Source of the DNA: Fibrobacteria bacterium
GTDB taxonomy: Bacteria > Fibrobacterota > Fibrobacteria > UBA11236 > JADFYW01
DNA length: 64,000 nt
Assembly: GCA_050294405.1 (NCBI GenBank)
Contig: JBNKOC010000012.1
Span: forward strand, 1-64,000
Direction: 5' to 3'
This document shows positions 29,422-38,682 of the stretch, in pieces. Position 1 is the first letter of the stretch; every line of letters begins with the position of its first letter. The notes under the pieces were generated by a model. The model was not told the origin of the DNA and ran no database searches. It was given only the letters and a program-made list of their open reading frames with translations. Position numbers and translations under genes: made by a program.

Positions 29422-30160
29422 CGGCTTTAAATGAAATAATGTAGCCATTCTTTGGAAATAGCTTTTGAAGCATGGGTTCCATAAGAGAAGTCAACCCCAC
29501 AATAATTTTCTTAAGAAAAAGCGGCAATCTGTTCACGATAACAAAACCTGGAATAAAACATACGCTTTTATATTCTATTATATTCATACCGTTTTCTTCC
29601 AATGCGTTTTTTAAGACAGTATAACTCTTCCATTTGTCGTAGGGATGATTGTCTTTTTTGCCTAAAAGATTGTAGAAAAAATATCTGTCCAAGCCATGCA
29701 TACTAATCCAATTGGGAGTGCTTATCACCATTACACCCCCTCTTTTTAAAACTCTGGACATTTCGGAAATGGCTTTTTTATAATCGGGTATATGCTCCAA
29801 AACCTCGCTAGCCAATGCCTTGTCAAAACTGTCTGTGGGAAAGGTCAATTTTGTTACATCCTCATACTTAATTTCCACATTTTTAATATTATTATCGGCA
29901 AGTTGTTTTTTCGCGCCTTCTAGCATGTTTTCGGATATATCAATTCCAATACATTGAGAACCCGCTATCCCAATTTCCAACAAGTCTCTCCCATTTCCGC
30001 AGCCGACTTCTAAAATTTTTTCATCTTTTGCAGGAGACAAATAACCCAACACTAATTTCGCTCTTAACTGTTGTTCGTAATTTAAAATAACATCTGTTGA
30101 AATGTTTTCATCCCTATTGATGGCCATTTGATTAAAGTGTTCTTGTATTGAATTTGTCAT
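29411..30160 (-). CDS. Class I SAM-dependent methyltransferase
   Basis: ILEVGCGNG, GIDIS, SFD and SEVLEHI...RVLKRGG..ISTPN. Confidence 0.88.
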   Translation of the reverse strand: MTNSIQEHFNQMAINRDENISTDVILNYEQQLRAKLVLGYLSPAKDEKILEVGCGNGRDLLEIGIAGSQCIGIDISENMLEGAKKQLADNNIKNVEIKYEDVTKLTFPTDSFDKALASEVLEHIPDYKKAISEMSRVLKRGGVMVISTPNWISMHGLDRYFFYNLLGKKDNHPYDKWKSYTVLKNALEENGMNIIEYKSVCFIPGFVIVNRLPLFLKKIIVGLTSLMEPMLQKLFPKNGYIISFKAVKK

Positions 30161-30200
30161 AATTTTTTAAGGTATAAAACATCAAAGGTAAATAAAAATT

Positions 30201-31148
30201 TCACTTTACCAGCTCCCTTTCGCTGGATAATTTTCGGAATAGGTACCAGGCACCACCCGCAAGGGCGAAAAATAAGATGATTCCATAACCTAAAATATTC
30301 GATGAAAATATTTTTTCTTTTGAAAAAAGTAAAATATCCGAAAAGAAAAAGAGGGAAAAGTATTCCACCACTCCAATTCCGGAGATGCTAACCGGGATTA
30401 TTAAAATGCTGTTGATTATGGCCAAAATTCCAGCGAGGAGAAAGAACGGGATATCAATTCCTACGCTTTTCATAATAACAAAAGCATTGGAGAAAGATAG
30501 TAATTGCAGAATAAAGGTGATTCCCAAGGAATAGCTAATGAGCTTTGGGTTTAAAAAGCTTTGTTTAATATTGATTAAAAATAGATTGGATTTAAGTTTC
30601 TTTTGTTTTATCGCCAAGAAAATTATCGCCAGCATAATCAGTCCAACAATAACAACAATGCCCCAACGAACGTTTAATTGACTTGTGATCTTTGAGAGGT
30701 TAAAAATATCTCTATACATAAAATATCCAATAACGCCGATTACCCATTGAAATAAAATCCCCATTATCTGAAAAATGATAATCATGGTGGAATTGGAAAT
30801 GGGCTCATTGTATTTTTTAGAAAACAAATAAACTTTGGCAAGATCTCCGGTTACGGAGCCTGGCATAAAAATTTTAAAAAAATAGCCCAGATATATGAAG
30901 TGCAGGTATTTAAAAAACTTAATGTTTTTGTTGTTAATTAGGATTTTCCATCTAAGCGCTTGGAAAATGGAATTGGAAAAGCCGATGCCCAAAGCTGTTA
31001 ATATATATATCGGATTACAGTTCTTAAGAACAGGCAACAGCCCCTTAATATCTATTTTGCTAATGACTAGCCCTAATAAGCTTAAGGTAACTAAAATTTT
31101 TAAATAAAATACTATCCGTTTTAAGTTCTCGGATTTTTGGCTTAGCAT
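30201..31148 (-). CDS. Lysylphosphatidylglycerol-synthase TM domain / UPF0104 flippase-like membrane protein
   Basis: ALRWKIL, FMPGSVTGDLAK and IPVSISGIGVVE motifs; polytopic. Confidence 0.82.
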   Translation of the reverse strand: MLSQKSENLKRIVFYLKILVTLSLLGLVISKIDIKGLLPVLKNCNPIYILTALGIGFSNSIFQALRWKILINNKNIKFFKYLHFIYLGYFFKIFMPGSVTGDLAKVYLFSKKYNEPISNSTMIIIFQIMGILFQWVIGVIGYFMYRDIFNLSKITSQLNVRWGIVVIVGLIMLAIIFLAIKQKKLKSNLFLINIKQSFLNPKLISYSLGITFILQLLSFSNAFVIMKSVGIDIPFFLLAGILAIINSILIIPVSISGIGVVEYFSLFFFSDILLFSKEKIFSSNILGYGIILFFALAGGAWYLFRKLSSERELVK

Positions 31149-31160
31149 AATAAAAAACAG

Positions 31161-33518
31161 CTAATCTTGAACGTTTTTTAATTTTGGGTAAAACATGCGA
31201 TAAACAAAAACGACTGCAATTAACAAAACTAGTGAAAGAATTGAAAATATCCAGCCTTTGTTTATCCAGGGAGAACTGTAATAAAACCGAATGTTATGTT
31301 TTCCTTTTTCTAAGTAGGCGCCTCTCAAAATAAAATTGGCCATTAGCATATCTTTGTGTTCCCCATTTATTTCCACATGCCAATGTGGAAAATTCACCTC
31401 TGAGGCCACAAAAATGCCCGGCTCAGAATTTTCCACTTCGTATACAATTTCATTATTGCTGTATTTTATGTTTTTAATTTTCTCCGTTTTTGAGCTTGGT
31501 AAAGCACTCAACCCAGAAGGCTTTGGTAGAAGGGATTTTTGGTAATTGGGAAGTAAAACAGTTGTCCTTGGATTAAATGTCTCAGACAACATGCCTTCCA
31601 CTAATTGAGAATCTGGCATAAACTCCCATTCGTACCGCATAAACTCTCTTGGCATAAATGTTTTATTTAAGGCAATTTGCAGGCTGGGAGAATTGGGTGC
31701 CTGAAATAAGATATACTTAACATTTAACAGGTCTAAAAATTTACTCCCCCCCACAGTGCCATCAGGCTGGTTTAGCAACCCTTTTAGAAAATTTGGATTT
31801 TGATAATGAGGCTCTCCTTTAAATTTTCGATAGCGATTGTATTCATGGTCGATAAATCCGGAAATGCTGGATATGTTATGGTATTGTAAATAGCCTCCCA
31901 AATCTCTTTGGGTAAGCGCAAACACCCTAAATCGAGAATCGTCCCGTTTTATGTTTTCTATGGCAGGCTCGCTGGGAAAATACTGCTCGAATTTATGAGT
32001 GCTGACAAAATTAGAATCCACAATAAATAAATCCAGAAGAGTGGTGGCAATTAGCACAAGGGCCAGGTTTTTTTCCTTGGAAGCTTTTAGAGCCCAATGC
32101 TTCAGAGAGAATGCGATGGCAATAATGATTCCTCCATTAATAAAAGCGCCTAACCTGAAATCGGCAAGGGCCATAGACTGTTTTTTGAAATTGGAGATTT
32201 CAGCTGTCGAAAAAACGGAATTCCAAATGCCATATAACATATCTGGAAAAATTCCAAACAAAATAAGTAAGCCGCCTATTCCCAAAGAAATTTTAAAAGT
32301 CAAATCCTTTTTCTTTTCGCTTAAGCCTTGTACAGCCCCTTGTTTGGAAAACAGATAAATAAGAGTGGTGGCCGACATCATTATCAAAGAGGTGGCCAGC
32401 CAGAATAACATCATGCTAGGTGCTCTGAAATATTTCATTCCCGGTATGGTATGAAAAATGAGAGAGAAAAAAGGAGTATGGGCTCCAAGGGAAAATAAGA
32501 TGGCTAATGCTCCAATGATTCCCCACACGTAGTGCCATCGGCTTCTGAATAGCATTAAACCTAAAAGCCCCAGAAATACGACAGTGATTCCAGGGTATTC
32601 GGAATTAAGTTTAAAAGCGTTTCTACCCCAATAGTTTTGGTTGATTCCGGCAAATTGAGGAACTGTTAAAAGGGAAAATATTTCTTCAGGATGGGAAGAC
32701 CAGGATGTGGCGTGCTCAAAGCTTGTTTTGGACCCCTCGCCTCTTACGGAATACAATTCATTGTATTTCATAGGTGGGGTCAATATCACATATATAACTC
32801 CCAAGCCCAATAATATGGGCGTCCAAAATTTGCCTGTGTTTAAGGCCAGCGATTTGAATTTTTTTTGACGGATTAGGGGGGTAATAGTGGAAACCCAAAT
32901 TACAAAGAATCCCATCAATACGTAATAAGTAAATTGCAAATGCACGGTGAGTAAGAACATTTGCAGGCAAAGAGAAAGACCCAGCAAATGATACCACTTA
33001 GAATCTTTTTGCAAAGTACGCAATAAAAAGAAAATGCCCAGGGGCAACCAGGACAAAATATAAAATTTGCCGCTATGACCTGCATAAATGTGTGAGATGT
33101 AATTGGTGTTTAGCATGTATGCCATAGCCAAAAACAGGCAAAACAATTTGCTTAAGCGAAAATAGCGTCTAAACAAAATGTAACTGCAAAAACCGGCGAT
33201 TAATACATGCAAAACAAAACTGTAGCCAATTAATCTTTGAGTATCAAAAATAAGACCCATAAACAAAAATACAGGATAGGCGCAATCTCCACAGGAGGCG
33301 TCGTAAGTGGGAAAACCGCCGAAGCGCAGATAGTTCCAAAGGGGGAATTGCCCTGATTTAAGGGCGTTAAAAAAGTAGTTCCAGGCTGGGGCTGAGACCT
33401 GATCGGAAGCAAATAAAAGTTTGTCTGAAAAAAGGAAGGGAATAAAAAGAAATAAGCCCGAAGCGACAATGGCAAGTATGTATTTATAATTGTTTTTAAA
33501 TATGTTTATAATTTGCAT
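31161..33518 (-). CDS. YfhO-family GT-C membrane glycosyltransferase
   Basis: SDQ...PLWNYLRFGGFP..YP N-terminal loop, many TM segments, FRAPS, LDLLNVKY, and C-terminal SEVNFPHW..EINGE...ANFILRG.YLEKGKHNIRFYY plus a TM segment. Confidence 0.85.
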   Translation of the reverse strand: MQIINIFKNNYKYILAIVASGLFLFIPFLFSDKLLFASDQVSAPAWNYFFNALKSGQFPLWNYLRFGGFPTYDASCGDCAYPVFLFMGLIFDTQRLIGYSFVLHVLIAGFCSYILFRRYFRLSKLFCLFLAMAYMLNTNYISHIYAGHSGKFYILSWLPLGIFFLLRTLQKDSKWYHLLGLSLCLQMFLLTVHLQFTYYVLMGFFVIWVSTITPLIRQKKFKSLALNTGKFWTPILLGLGVIYVILTPPMKYNELYSVRGEGSKTSFEHATSWSSHPEEIFSLLTVPQFAGINQNYWGRNAFKLNSEYPGITVVFLGLLGLMLFRSRWHYVWGIIGALAILFSLGAHTPFFSLIFHTIPGMKYFRAPSMMLFWLATSLIMMSATTLIYLFSKQGAVQGLSEKKKDLTFKISLGIGGLLILFGIFPDMLYGIWNSVFSTAEISNFKKQSMALADFRLGAFINGGIIIAIAFSLKHWALKASKEKNLALVLIATTLLDLFIVDSNFVSTHKFEQYFPSEPAIENIKRDDSRFRVFALTQRDLGGYLQYHNISSISGFIDHEYNRYRKFKGEPHYQNPNFLKGLLNQPDGTVGGSKFLDLLNVKYILFQAPNSPSLQIALNKTFMPREFMRYEWEFMPDSQLVEGMLSETFNPRTTVLLPNYQKSLLPKPSGLSALPSSKTEKIKNIKYSNNEIVYEVENSEPGIFVASEVNFPHWHVEINGEHKDMLMANFILRGAYLEKGKHNIRFYYSSPWINKGWIFSILSLVLLIAVVFVYRMFYPKLKNVQD

Positions 33519-33618
33519 TATTCTTGTTGTACCTTTTTTTAATATTCAGAGGTCCTCATAATTTAATAATTAAATGTCCCAGGCCAATTCCTGTTATCAG
33601 AGTTGCCTCATAAAAAGG

Positions 33619-34521
33619 CTAAGCTGCATTCAAATCAATTTCCCAGAGAAAATCACGGCCAATAATTTGAGCTCTATCATCGGAAAAGTCAAAATCAGTT
33701 CCCTTAGTCGGAATTTCATAAACTAACAGATTTTTTGCCTCTGGGGGGCAATGTTTCCAATTGGCTTCATTAAATACTCTGTTTTGGGCAGATTTTACCG
33801 AAGTTTGGATCCCGCTCCCCCCCCCGTTTTTTTGAAACCAGCAACGGGCATCCCATAACTGTTTCGGGTTTCCAAAATCCATCCAGGCGTAATGGGATAC
33901 GTCTACCACTTTTAATCCCTTTCCTTGGGAAAGGGATTTTGTCCAGGCTTCTTTAATGTCTGAAAAACCTTTGGGGCAATAGTTTAAAAATTCCCTTTTG
34001 TATAGCGCAATGCCACTCATGGTCAAGGCTTTTTTATTTCCAACGGGAAGATAACCATTGTAGTCTTTAACCCCTTCCAACATGCTGTTATCTGTCAAAC
34101 AAAGGGTGTTGAGACTGGGTATGTTAATCCCAAGCAGTATGCCTATTTCATCGCCCATATTATCAGCGAATATTTTTTCAAGATCCATGTTGTGCAATAT
34201 ATCTGCGTTGTGTACTAATACATAATCGCAATCTGCAAAATGGCTGGATAAGGCAGATAATGGCCCTGCAGTACCTAAAATTTGCGATTCGTAGATAGCG
34301 GTGATTCCCAATTTTTCTGCTTCCTTTTCTACTTGCCGATGTAAATGATGGCTGTTGCATACTATTTTATGCGGCTGTAATTTTTGCACTTTTTCCAAAT
34401 TAATTTTAAGAGCTGTTTTGCCTTCAAATGTTATTAAAGGCTTTGGAATGCGTTTGGTTAAGGGTTGTAGGCGTGTGCCGAAACCTGCGCATAAAAATAA
34501 AACGCCTATTTTTGCAGTCAT
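33619..34521 (-). CDS. Sugar-phosphate nucleotidyltransferase, MurU-like
   Basis: LCAGFGTRLQPLT..IPKPL, NSHHL, ILGTAG, HNADI and WMDFG; coupled to namZ. Confidence 0.75.
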   Translation of the reverse strand: MTAKIGVLFLCAGFGTRLQPLTKRIPKPLITFEGKTALKINLEKVQKLQPHKIVCNSHHLHRQVEKEAEKLGITAIYESQILGTAGPLSALSSHFADCDYVLVHNADILHNMDLEKIFADNMGDEIGILLGINIPSLNTLCLTDNSMLEGVKDYNGYLPVGNKKALTMSGIALYKREFLNYCPKGFSDIKEAWTKSLSQGKGLKVVDVSHYAWMDFGNPKQLWDARCWFQKNGGGSGIQTSVKSAQNRVFNEANWKHCPPEAKNLLVYEIPTKGTDFDFSDDRAQIIGRDFLWEIDLNAA

Positions 34522-34522
34522 G

Positions 34523-35623
34523 TTAATCTGGGAAAAAAGATTTTAAAGGGCCGCCCAATAAAATTTCTATGGGCAATTTGTTGTACTCGTATTCATAAGG
34601 GGGGGCTTTCCATTTAAAGTCTTTGGGGTAAACTTCTAATAGATACTTTAAAATTTCCATGGTGGTTTTGTAAGGCAGATACTGGTTTCTATCTGTTACA
34701 TGGATTTGAGCCCCGTTGCAAAGTTCTCCTGCAAATTTGTGAAATGTGGGCTGAAAATAGGCCTCGCGAAAAATAACTCCGGGGAGCTTTAACTGGGTCA
34801 GGTAATCCACCATTTGCGGGGAATCAATAAAAGGAGCTCCAAAGAGTTCAAAGGGTTTTGTGGTGCCCCGGGCCTCGGAAATATTTGTGGCTTCCAAAAG
34901 GCACATGCCCGGATACACTATGGCGCTATCCAGCGTGGGCATATTAGGTGAGGGTAAAACCCAGGGAAGACCTGTTTCATCGAACCACAATTTTGGGTCC
35001 CAATTTTCCATGGGAAGCACAATGAGTTCGCAGTCAGGAAAAGCCTCTTTTTTGAACTGCTCGGCCAGTTGACCTATTGTTTTTCCGTGACGCACTGGAA
35101 TGGGGTGTAGTCCAACAAAAGAGCGGTAATCCGGATTTAAAATGGGCCCCTCTACATCTACTCCATTGATGGGGTTGGGTCTGTCGCAAACCACCACTGT
35201 TATCCCCTTTTTTTCACAGGCCTTCATGCACAGATATAAGGTCCAAATAAAGGTGTAATAACGGGCTCCTACGTCCTGAAGGTCTATTAAAAGGGCATCT
35301 AGGCCCTCCAACATGGATTCCGTGGGTTCCCGATGTTCGCCATAAAGGCTGTAAACGGGAATTTTTAATCTGGGGTCGCTGTATCCCTCCCATTCAATCA
35401 TGTTATCCTGGGTTTGACCCAAAATTCCGTGTTGAGGGCCAAACAGGGCGGAAAGCTGAAAAAGCTCACCGTTTTTTTCTTCCAAAAGACTCAAGGAATG
35501 GCGGTAGTTTTGGCCAACGGAAGCTGGGTGGAGCACGGCTCCTAATTTACAACCCCTTAGATGCTTTGGCCAAATTGCTAAATTATCTATGGGTAAGCGA
35601 GTGGAAAGGTATTTATCTTTCAT
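34523..35623 (-). CDS. namZ: Exo-beta-N-acetylmuramidase NamZ family (DUF1343), no signal peptide
   Basis: LFGPQHG, YSLYG, DLQDVGARYYTF, DRPNP, RHGKTIG, PSPNMPT and SEARGTTKPFE. Confidence 0.88.
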   Translation of the reverse strand: MKDKYLSTRLPIDNLAIWPKHLRGCKLGAVLHPASVGQNYRHSLSLLEEKNGELFQLSALFGPQHGILGQTQDNMIEWEGYSDPRLKIPVYSLYGEHREPTESMLEGLDALLIDLQDVGARYYTFIWTLYLCMKACEKKGITVVVCDRPNPINGVDVEGPILNPDYRSFVGLHPIPVRHGKTIGQLAEQFKKEAFPDCELIVLPMENWDPKLWFDETGLPWVLPSPNMPTLDSAIVYPGMCLLEATNISEARGTTKPFELFGAPFIDSPQMVDYLTQLKLPGVIFREAYFQPTFHKFAGELCNGAQIHVTDRNQYLPYKTTMEILKYLLEVYPKDFKWKAPPYEYEYNKLPIEILLGGPLKSFFPD

Positions 35624-35683
35624 TCTGAAAAAATAAAATTACACAAGGACAAAAATCAGATTTTTTGAATAGGGAGCATTAGC

Positions 35684-36145
35684 ATGTCAGGTTCACTCAA
35701 CAAAGTGATGATAATTGGAAATTTAGGAAGAGACCCGGAAATCAGAACAGTTCCATCTGGGGCCAAGGTGGCCAATTTTTCTGTGGCTACCAACGAAAGT
35801 TATACCGATAGAAACGGACAAAAAGTGGATAGAACTGAGTGGCATCGCATGGTTATGTGGCGTGGTTTGGCAGACATTGCTGAAAAATATTTAAGAAAGG
35901 GCTCTACAGCCTACTTTGAAGGTAAGCTTTCTACCCGTTCCTGGGACGATCAATCTGGCCAAAAGCGCTACACCACCGAAATTGTCGTGGACAACCTGCA
36001 AATGCTTGGCGGTCGACCTTCTGGCGATTCTGGATACGGAGGCTCTGATTACTCTAATCAGCAAGAGCCATATTCTCAACCCTCCAGTGTGGAATCTGGC
36101 GGCGGCAATATGCCCCCTGCACCCGAGGATGATTTACCGTTCTAA
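35684..36145 (+). CDS. ssb: Single-stranded DNA-binding protein
   Basis: [20 protein letters not shown], and the C-terminal DDLPF. Confidence 0.97.
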   Translation: MSGSLNKVMIIGNLGRDPEIRTVPSGAKVANFSVATNESYTDRNGQKVDRTEWHRMVMWRGLADIAEKYLRKGSTAYFEGKLSTRSWDDQSGQKRYTTEIVVDNLQMLGGRPSGDSGYGGSDYSNQQEPYSQPSSVESGGGNMPPAPEDDLPF

Positions 36146-36160
36146 AAGAGTAAATTTCAT

Positions 36161-37429
36161 TTGGTTTCCTTTGCTGTTTTAATTGTCCTGCTAATATTTT
36201 CCGGATTTTTTTCAGCCACGGAAACCGCCCTTTTCTCTTTTTCCAGGCCCGAACTGGTTGGTTTTAAAAACTCTCAAAACCCCCGGCACCGCTTAATTTA
36301 CCAGCTTTTGCGTCACCCCAATCAGGTTTTAACCAGCCTTTTGGTGGGTAACAATTGCATAAATATTTTATTTGTGCTCCAGGCCTCTCACATCATTTCG
36401 GACATGGGTTTTATTGCTGGCATCCAGGAAAAAAGCCTGCATTTGGCTATTTTGGTGGAGGTTGCATTGTTAACCCTGGTTTTGCTGCTGGTAGGTGAAA
36501 TCTTTCCTAAGAACTTTGCTCTCCACCATGCAAAGTCGGTGGCGGGGATAAGTATTTACCCCTTTTATTTTTTCAACAACCTCATGGTGAAGCTGGGGGT
36601 CCAAAAGGCGCTGGCGCTGGTGAATCGCAATTTGCTCCTGGCCATTCGAAAAATTTTTGGCGATCGGGAAGAATTTGCCAATTCCGAAGATATAAAAGTG
36701 GCTGTGGATTTAGGTCTTAAAGAGGGCCATTTATCCAGGGAAGAAGCTTCTATTATCGAAAAAGTTCTCAGTATGAAAACCGCGCCAGTGGAAGATTTTA
36801 TTTTGAACCGTTCCTCTGTAGTCAGTTTTTCCCCGGATGATTCCGTGCAAACGGCTTTGAATCTGGCTGCCAAAAATTCCGAAACGGAATATCTGGTATA
36901 CGATAGGGAAAAAGACTCTGTGGTGGGGATTTTTAATGCAGAAAAGGCTATAATAAATAAGGCGCAGGGAAAAGTATCCGATGTTATGGGGCCTCCCCGA
37001 TTTGTTCCCTATGTTAATGTGTTTGAATGGGTCCTTAAAATAATAGGCCTTTCCACCAACCGGATTTATGCCGTAGTAGATGAATTTGGAGCCTACATTG
37101 GAATTTTGTCTTATCAGCAAATTGAAAATTTTTTGGTCAATAATGTGGTCCAGCCCCAATCCAATTCTGTTCCTCCTGAAATTCAGGTTCAAAATCCTGG
37201 CTGGCTGGTGGAAGGGTCCCTTAATCTGGCTATTTTAGAGGATTTTTTAAAGTGCAGCTTTCCCAAAGGGGATTACCATACGGTATCCGGGCTTTTGTTG
37301 AATGTTACAGGTAAAGTCTTGCAAAAAAAGGATTGGGTTGTGGTGGAGGGCTGGAAATTTTACATTGAAAGCTCCAAATCGAATAGGATAGAAAAGGTTT
37401 TAATAACCCAACAAGGAGCCCAATCATGA
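36161..37429 (+). CDS. CNNM/CBS/CorC-domain hemolysin-family membrane protein (GldE-like)
   Basis: SGFFSATETALFS, LLVGNN, GEIFPK, degenerate CBS pair, VVDEFG and DYHTVSGL. Confidence 0.85.
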   Translation: MVSFAVLIVLLIFSGFFSATETALFSFSRPELVGFKNSQNPRHRLIYQLLRHPNQVLTSLLVGNNCINILFVLQASHIISDMGFIAGIQEKSLHLAILVEVALLTLVLLLVGEIFPKNFALHHAKSVAGISIYPFYFFNNLMVKLGVQKALALVNRNLLLAIRKIFGDREEFANSEDIKVAVDLGLKEGHLSREEASIIEKVLSMKTAPVEDFILNRSSVVSFSPDDSVQTALNLAAKNSETEYLVYDREKDSVVGIFNAEKAIINKAQGKVSDVMGPPRFVPYVNVFEWVLKIIGLSTNRIYAVVDEFGAYIGILSYQQIENFLVNNVVQPQSNSVPPEIQVQNPGWLVEGSLNLAILEDFLKCSFPKGDYHTVSGLLLNVTGKVLQKKDWVVVEGWKFYIESSKSNRIEKVLITQQGAQS

Positions 37430-38106
37430 ACCAGGAAATTTATTCCCTAGGTATTATGCTTTTTATAAGCTGCGCAGCTTTAATTGGAGCCATTAACTCC
37501 AGGGGCACGGTTAAAATGGTTTTTTCCTACCTGCTGGCTTTTATCTGCCTGGCTGGTACTGGTTTTTTGATTGGCCAATATGTTAGCAATATGTCTCAGG
37601 CCAAGGCTTTTAAGTTTGAAGAGTCCAATAAGGCCCTGGAGCAAAAAGTGGAAGAAATGCAACAAACCCTCGAAGAAACTATGAAGGAAGAAGCCGAGCA
37701 GAGCGCCCAAGAAGCGGCAAAGGCTAAGGCCATTGCAGATTATAAAAAAGAAGCTTACTCTGTACTATTAAAAGGCCAAAAAGTAGCTAGCCGTCTCACA
37801 GGTTATAAGCTTGTTGTGGGCTCAGACTCTGAGTACGAAGAGGCCGTTAAAAAAGCCAATTATTATTTGGCTGAGTCCCGCCGGATTTTAAAAGAAGCCA
37901 AAGCCTTAACCGCCCCTGAGGATATGGCCAAAGCCCAGGAGAATTTTTTAAAGGGACTGGAAACTTTAGCAACTGCCACTTCAAGAATGCGCCGTTATTA
38001 CACAGCCGAAAATTCGCAAGAAGAGCAGGATATTGCTAATATCTTTAAATACAAGATTCAGCAGGCCAAAGATATTTTAAGCCAGTCTGAACAGGAACTA
38101 CAATAA
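37426..38106 (+). CDS. Hypothetical membrane-anchored coiled-coil protein
   Basis: Two N-terminal hydrophobic helices then a charged helical region; AGGAG RBS; ATGA overlap with the upstream gene. Confidence 0.65.
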   Translation: MNQEIYSLGIMLFISCAALIGAINSRGTVKMVFSYLLAFICLAGTGFLIGQYVSNMSQAKAFKFEESNKALEQKVEEMQQTLEETMKEEAEQSAQEAAKAKAIADYKKEAYSVLLKGQKVASRLTGYKLVVGSDSEYEEAVKKANYYLAESRRILKEAKALTAPEDMAKAQENFLKGLETLATATSRMRRYYTAENSQEEQDIANIFKYKIQQAKDILSQSEQELQ

Positions 38107-38118
38107 TAGGAACAGGAT

Positions 38119-38493
38119 ATGAATTTCCCAGAGGAATTAAAATACACCAAATCCCACGAATGGGTACGTATTGAAGGCAACACAGCTACCATTGGCATTA
38201 CCGACCACGCCCAAAGCGAATTGGGTGATATTGTTTTTGTGGAGCTTCCTGAAGTTGGACGTGAATTGGAGCCCGACTCAGAATTCGGCACCATTGAAGC
38301 GGTTAAAACAGTTGCTGATTTATACGCTCCCATTCAGGGAAAAGTAAGCGAAGTCAATTCCGAACTAGCAGATGCGGCAGAAATTATTAACGAAGACCCT
38401 TATGGTAAAGGCTGGATTATTAAAATGGAATTTGAAGAGCTTAAAGGCGAATTGATAGACGCCTCCGCCTATCAGGCTTTAATTGGCGCCTGA
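38119..38493 (+). CDS. gcvH: Glycine cleavage system H protein
   Basis: YTKSHEWV, GITDHAQSELGDIVFVELP, lipoyl-Lys motif EAVKTV and NEDPYGKGW. Confidence 0.96.
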   Translation: MNFPEELKYTKSHEWVRIEGNTATIGITDHAQSELGDIVFVELPEVGRELEPDSEFGTIEAVKTVADLYAPIQGKVSEVNSELADAAEIINEDPYGKGWIIKMEFEELKGELIDASAYQALIGA

Positions 38494-38520
38494 TTTTTTT
38501 ACATAAATTTTAATAATTAA

Positions 38521-38560
38521 TACCACTTATTACTATTTATTACCATTAATTGTTATATTC
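38521..38560 (+). promoter_or_regulatory. Three phased 10-bp direct repeats abutting a TATATT -10-like element
   Basis: taccacttat / tactatttat / taccattaat, then tgttatattc, upstream of the secreted-protein pair. Confidence 0.4.
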
Positions 38561-38682
38561 AGAAGTGGGGTTGTAGATTTGGAATCAGGTGAATCTGGGC
38601 AAGAGGATCCTAAAATGAAAATGATCGAGCTTTTAGAAGCTCGTAACGTAAAATTTAAAATTGAATCAGTTCAGTAAAGGAA

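Noticed and set aside
8937..33518. Glycan region as a recently acquired genomic island
   Set aside because: It looks more AT-rich by eye (not computed), but there is no integrase, tRNA or flanking repeat, and core genes such as lpxK are interspersed.
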